Shown here: positions 59,415 to 64,000 of the stretch, in pieces
How the letters are laid out: every line of letters starts with the position of its first letter
How positions within the stretch are numbered: the first letter of the stretch is position 1
Assembly (NCBI GenBank): GCA_965219085.1
Contig: OZ244720.1
Coordinates: forward strand, 2,240,001 to 2,304,000
Origin: Dehalococcoidia bacterium
GTDB lineage: Bacteria > Chloroflexota > Dehalococcoidia > UBA2979
DNA: 64,000 nucleotides
Reading direction: 5' to 3'
Translations under genes and position numbers: made by a program
Notes under the pieces: model-generated
Told to the model about the DNA's origin: nothing
Database searches by the model: none
Seen by the model: only the letters and a program-made list of their open reading frames with translations

Positions 59415-60713
59415 CTACTCGGTCCGGTCGAGCGTGGTGATGCACTCGATGTGCTGGGTGTGCGGGAACATGTCGATGGGCTGCACCTCGCCGATGGTGA
59501 AGCCGCCGTCGACGAAGCGGCGCAGGTCGCGGGCGAGCGTCGCCGGCTCGCACGAGACGTAGACCATGCGCCGCACGTCCGAGTCGATCACCGTCTCGAT
59601 GATTGACGCGTCGAGGCCGGCGCGCGGCGGGTCGACGACGACCACGTCGGGCTGTGGGTTGAGGAGCGGCAGCTGCTCCTCGACGGCGCCGGTGATGCGC
59701 CGCACGTTCGGGTAGGGCGCGAGGTTCACCGCGGCGTCGTCCCCGGCGGCGCTGGACGCCTCGATGGTGACGACATCCGGAACCACCTGCGCGAGCGCGA
59801 CGGCGAAGGTACCGACGCCGGAGTAGGCGTCGGCAACGAGCCGCGGCCCGACGGCGCGTGCGCGCGCGACGACCAGCTCGATCAGCCGCTCCGCCTGCCG
59901 CGAGTTGACCTGGAAGAACGCCGGCGAGGAGACCTGGTAGCGCGCGCCGCGCAGCAGCTCGTGGTATTGCTTTTGGCCGCTGCGCACGTTGCCGTGGCGG
60001 CCCGGCCGCCAGCGCAGCTTCGGCTGCACGAGCACTTCGCCGGTGTGCTCGCCCGCTCGGACCGTGAGCTGCTTCGTCTGCATCGTGCGGCCCTGCGCGT
60101 TGCGGAGGACGCGGTTGGCCTGGGGCAGCGCGATCTCGCAGTGGTCGACGCGCAGGAAGCGGTGCGTGCCGTGCTCCATGAAGCCGATGTCGCCGTCGCG
60201 GCGCACGGTGAAGCGCATGTGGTTGCGGTATGCCCACGGATCGGTCATGCCGATCATCTCGCGCAGCACGCCGTCGATCTCGGAGTCCTCGAAGCGCCCG
60301 ATGCGCCGCATCTGCTCGCGCACGACGCCCGCCTTCAGCCGTAGCTGCTCGCCGTAGGCGATGTGCTGCATCTGGCAGCCGCCGCAGCGCCCGTAGTACG
60401 CGCAGCGCGGCTCCACGCGCTCAGGCGACGCCTCCTGCACCATCACCGTGCGCGCCTCGATGTACGAGGACTCCTCGGAGGTGATCTCGGCGATCACGCG
60501 CTCGCCCGGGATGCCGAACTCGACGAAGGCGATGCGGCCGTCGGGCGCGCGGCCCATCGCGACGCCACCCGCCGCGAACCCGGTGAGCTCGAGCTCGACG
60601 GGCGTGCGGGGGCGGTCGACGAGGTGCCCGCGACGGCGCCGCCGCCGCTGCCGCTTGCGCGGCGGCCGCTCGGGTGCGACGTCCTCGATGTCGGGTCCCA
60701 TCTCCGGGGTCAT
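59415..60713 (-). CDS. 23S rRNA m5U methyltransferase, RlmD/TrmA family
   Basis: TRAM domain, CAYYGRCGGCQMQH, FFQVN, DPPRAG, YVSCEPATLARD, DMFPHTQHIE. Confidence 0.92.
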   Translation of the reverse strand: MTPEMGPDIEDVAPERPPRKRQRRRRRRGHLVDRPRTPVELELTGFAAGGVAMGRAPDGRIAFVEFGIPGERVIAEITSEESSYIEARTVMVQEASPERVEPRCAYYGRCGGCQMQHIAYGEQLRLKAGVVREQMRRIGRFEDSEIDGVLREMIGMTDPWAYRNHMRFTVRRDGDIGFMEHGTHRFLRVDHCEIALPQANRVLRNAQGRTMQTKQLTVRAGEHTGEVLVQPKLRWRPGRHGNVRSGQKQYHELLRGARYQVSSPAFFQVNSRQAERLIELVVARARAVGPRLVADAYSGVGTFAVALAQVVPDVVTIEASSAAGDDAAVNLAPYPNVRRITGAVEEQLPLLNPQPDVVVVDPPRAGLDASIIETVIDSDVRRMVYVSCEPATLARDLRRFVDGGFTIGEVQPIDMFPHTQHIECITTLDRTE

Positions 60714-60765
60714 ACGTCGATGGTACGGGCCGCCGCCGTGCGAGCGCGAGCGGCACTCGCGCACG

Positions 60766-61932
60766 ATGGCGGGTAGCATCGGCGGCGAGGAGGCTGGCGT
60801 GGAGCCCACACCACTGCGCGACATCGTCCGCGAGGTTGTCTCGATCCCGACCGCGCCGTTCCTCGAGCGCGGCGTGCGCGAGTACATCCGCGCCTTCGCC
60901 GAGGCGCGCGGCCTGGCCCACGAGGAGGACGCGTTCGGCAACGCCTACGTGACCTACCGCCGCGGGCGGCGTCGGCGCCCACTCGTGCTCGGCGCGCACG
61001 TGGACCACCCCGCGCTCGTCGTGGCCGGCGTCGACGGCGACCACCTCGACCTCGAGTTCCGGGGCGGCATCGACGCCTCCTACGGCGATGGCGAGCCGCT
61101 CGTGCTCTACCGCGAGGGCGCGCACGAGCCTCACGCGCGGGCGGTCGTGACCTCGGTGCGCGCCGACGAGCGCGGCCGGCTCGCGGGAGCCGAGGCCACG
61201 GTCGACGGGGACGCGAGCGGCGTCGCCATCGAGGACCTCGCGCTGTGGGACGTGACGCCGTGCCGGTTCCGCGGCGAGATCGTGCATGCGCGCGCGTGCG
61301 ACGACCTCGCCGGGGCCGCCGCCGTCCTCGCCACGCTCGACCGCATCGCCGCGGAGCGGCCCAACGGGCACGTCGTGGGGCTGTTCACGCGCGCCGAGGA
61401 AGTGGGGCTGCTCGGCGCGTCGGTCGCCGCGCGCGAGCGGCTGCTGCCGGAAGACGCGCTCGTCGTGGCCGTCGAGACCTCCTCGATGGCCGCGGGGCGC
61501 GCCGAGCAGGGCGGCGGGCCGATCGTGCGCCTCGGCGACGCGATGCACGTCTTCTCACCACGCATGTCGCAGTGGATGACCGCGCTCGGCGGCGAGCTGC
61601 GCGCCGAGGACGAGACGTTCGCCTTCCAGCGCAAGCTCATGGACGGCGGCACGACCGAGGCGACCTCGTACGACCTGTACGGGTACGAGACCGGGGCCGC
61701 GTGCATCGCACTCGGCAACTACCACAACGCCGGGCCGCGCGGCCGGGTGCGCGCGGAGACGGTGCACCTCGGCGACCTCGAAGGCCTCGTGCGGCTGTTC
61801 GTGCGGATGCACGAGACGACGCTGCGCTACCAGCGCTACCTGCCTGCGCTGCTGCGGCGGTACGACGTGCTGGGGCGTGAGGCGCGCCGCCGGCTGCGCA
61901 CCAGCGCGGGCGGGCGGGGCAGGGGCCGCTAG
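60766..61932 (+). CDS. M20/M42-family metallohydrolase
   Basis: GAHVDH, ARACDDLAG, AEEVGLLG, GGTTEA, NYHN. Confidence 0.82.
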   Translation: MAGSIGGEEAGVEPTPLRDIVREVVSIPTAPFLERGVREYIRAFAEARGLAHEEDAFGNAYVTYRRGRRRRPLVLGAHVDHPALVVAGVDGDHLDLEFRGGIDASYGDGEPLVLYREGAHEPHARAVVTSVRADERGRLAGAEATVDGDASGVAIEDLALWDVTPCRFRGEIVHARACDDLAGAAAVLATLDRIAAERPNGHVVGLFTRAEEVGLLGASVAARERLLPEDALVVAVETSSMAAGRAEQGGGPIVRLGDAMHVFSPRMSQWMTALGGELRAEDETFAFQRKLMDGGTTEATSYDLYGYETGAACIALGNYHNAGPRGRVRAETVHLGDLEGLVRLFVRMHETTLRYQRYLPALLRRYDVLGREARRRLRTSAGGRGRGR

Positions 61933-62510
61933 CGTTCGAGGTGCTTCCAGACCGCCTCTTCGGTCTCCGTGCCGACGTGGCCCTCGCGCATGAGCCGGAT
62001 CAGCAGGCGGCCGTCGTGGCCCTGGGCGCGGAGATGGTCCCCGATCGCCGTCGCGCGCTCGGGGTTGCCGAGCACCACGGCGAGCAGCAGTTCCCACTCG
62101 ACGGGCGTGGCGAGGACGATCGCGCCGTTCACGTCGACCTGCGCGCGCGCGTCCCACAGCGAGGGGATGTCGACCGGGCTGAGCGAGACGTAGGCGCCGT
62201 GGAACGTCGGGCTGCCGTGCACGAAGACCGGCACGCGGCTGCGCATGAACTGCAACCGCGCCGCCGCCACGTGGGCGCCGCGCTGCCAGGTCACGGGGAC
62301 GTCGAGCATGTCGGCGAGCTGGCGCAGGGCTGCGTCGGTCGTCGCGAACTCGAGGTTCGGGGCGGGCGTGTCGATGCCCTGCAACTGCAATGCCGAGGCG
62401 CCCACGAGCGCCCACGGCTGATCGCCCGCCGCCTCTTCGATGACGCGCACGAGCGGGCCGAGTACCGCGTCGGATTCGGCGTCGAGTCGAGTCGGTTCGA
62501 GGATCGTCAT
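61929..62510 (-). CDS. Nucleotidyltransferase-fold-like hypothetical protein
   Basis: WALVGASALQLQG....NLEF (degenerate GS/DxD pattern). Confidence 0.55.
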   Translation of the reverse strand: MTILEPTRLDAESDAVLGPLVRVIEEAAGDQPWALVGASALQLQGIDTPAPNLEFATTDAALRQLADMLDVPVTWQRGAHVAAARLQFMRSRVPVFVHGSPTFHGAYVSLSPVDIPSLWDARAQVDVNGAIVLATPVEWELLLAVVLGNPERATAIGDHLRAQGHDGRLLIRLMREGHVGTETEEAVWKHLER

Positions 62511-62757
62511 GCGCCCACGGCTCCTCGGCCTCCAGCGGGCGGTTGGCAGGAATCGTAACGCGTTGCCATGTAACGGTCTGCCGCCCGGTGGCGCCCCGGG
62601 CGGGGCCACAGGGCGAGGCCGCCGGGCGGCGGGTGATGTGCGCTCAAGCGTTTATTGGTTTCGGATGATGGCGGTGGGTGGATCCGGCGAGTGGGCGTAG
62701 GCTCACCAGACTCCGAGGGCCGCTTGCGCCGTCGGACATACTGCGGGCGGGTGATGC

Positions 62758-63996
62758 ATGCAGGCGACATCGGATGTGGCTGCACAGCGCGAACCGACCA
62801 GCGACCCCGAAGGCGCCCGGGGCGCGGCGCAGCGCGCCGCCGGCGGGCGCGGCGTGCTCCCGGCACAGGCGCTGCGACGCGCCATCTCCGACGGCGTCAT
62901 CAAGGCTGCCCGCAAGATCGAGGACAGCCAGATCCAGCCGGCCAGCCTCGACTTGCGACTCGGCAGCAAGGCCTACCGACTCCGCAGCAGCTTCCTCCCC
63001 GGAGCGGCTCGCATCCGCGACCGGCTCAGCGATCTGCAGGTGGGGCCGGCGCTCGACCTCGACAACCCCGACGGCGCCGTGCTCAACCCGGGCCACCCGT
63101 ACCTCATCGAGCTCATGGAGCGCGTGCGGCTGCCCGAGGGCACGAGGGCGGTCGCCAATCCGCGCAGCTCAACGGGCCGCCTCGACATCTTCACGCGCGT
63201 GATCGCGGAGCGAGCCACGCAGTTCGATGCGATCGAGCCGGGCTACGAGGGCGCGCTGTGGCTGGAGATCTACTCGAACACCTTCACCATCGGCGTGCGG
63301 TCCGGACTCTCGCTCGCGCAGCTGCGGCTTTCGACCTCGGATGCGGCGCTGACGGCGGCGGAGATCGAGGGCCTCCACGCTACGCAAGGATTGGTGTTCG
63401 CGCCGGGCACGGAACCGCGGGAGCCGGTCGCGACGCCGGCGATCGGGAACCGCGGGCTGCTCATCAACGTCGGGCTCCCGAACGGCAACGAATACGTCGG
63501 GTGGCGCGCGAAGCACCACACACCCCTCCTCGACCTCTCCAAGACGGCGGCGTACGACGCACTCGACTTCTGGGAGCCGGTGCGCGCGGAGCGGGGCGGC
63601 CGGCTGGTGCTCAACCCGGACGCGTTCTACCTGCTGATCTCGAGGGAGTTCGTGCGCATCCCGCCGAACGTGGCGGCCGAAATGGTGGCGTACGACCCGA
63701 CGAACGGGGAGCTGCGCACGCACTACGCCGGTTTCTTCGACCCGGGCTTCGGCTACGGCGACCAGGTGTCCGGCACCCGCGCCGTCCTCGAGGTCCGCGC
63801 GCACGACGTGCCGTTCATGCTGGAGGACGGCCAGCCGATCGCGCGCCTCGCGTACGAGTACATGGCGGAACCCCCCGACCGCCTCTACGGCGACGCGGCG
63901 CTCACGTCGCACTTCCAGCGGCAGGCGATCAACCTCAGCCGCCAGTTCCGACCCGTCGAGAGCGCGATCACGTTCCAGTTCCTCGGTAGCGAGTAG
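62758..63996 (+). CDS. dCTP deaminase, long two-domain type
   Basis: QIQPASLDLRLG, NPRSSTGRLDIFTRVI, GELRTHYAGFFDPGFG, VLEVRAHDVPF. Confidence 0.9.
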   Translation: MQATSDVAAQREPTSDPEGARGAAQRAAGGRGVLPAQALRRAISDGVIKAARKIEDSQIQPASLDLRLGSKAYRLRSSFLPGAARIRDRLSDLQVGPALDLDNPDGAVLNPGHPYLIELMERVRLPEGTRAVANPRSSTGRLDIFTRVIAERATQFDAIEPGYEGALWLEIYSNTFTIGVRSGLSLAQLRLSTSDAALTAAEIEGLHATQGLVFAPGTEPREPVATPAIGNRGLLINVGLPNGNEYVGWRAKHHTPLLDLSKTAAYDALDFWEPVRAERGGRLVLNPDAFYLLISREFVRIPPNVAAEMVAYDPTNGELRTHYAGFFDPGFGYGDQVSGTRAVLEVRAHDVPFMLEDGQPIARLAYEYMAEPPDRLYGDAALTSHFQRQAINLSRQFRPVESAITFQFLGSE

Positions 63997-64000
63997 CCAA

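Noticed and set aside
62511-62757. Structured RNA between divergent genes
   Set aside because: Only generic GC-rich hairpins; no tRNA or known motif recognised.

Overview
High-GC bacterial chromosome window. Gene content (Tat-exported family-5 solute-binding protein, LLM monooxygenase, CaiB/BaiF CoA-transferases, GAAC-N4-GTTC SOS boxes, many toxin-antitoxin pairs) suggests Chloroflexota/Dehalococcoidia, possibly host-associated; this is an inference. Mostly metabolic and housekeeping genes (ruvB, rimI, clpS, fabF, cobB, gltB, maf, RlmD-type methyltransferase, two dCTP deaminases) plus three IS elements. Three highlights. (1) A five-gene phage-head module (scaffold, HK97-type major capsid, head-tail adaptor-like, hub-like and OB-fold-like proteins) between rimI and ruvB, with no integrase, portal, terminase or lysis genes and a LexA-type box directly upstream of the capsid gene: a candidate domesticated, SOS-controlled GTA-like particle. 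(2) A redox gene cluster with two tandem thioredoxin-fold lipoproteins whose active-site codon is an in-frame TGA (UPFC, UPHC), each followed by a covarying SECIS-like hairpin: two selenoproteins split by the ORF track. (3) An IS110 inserted in an IS5 transposase, whose non-coding end shows a readable bridge RNA with guides matching both its donor junction and its actual target site.
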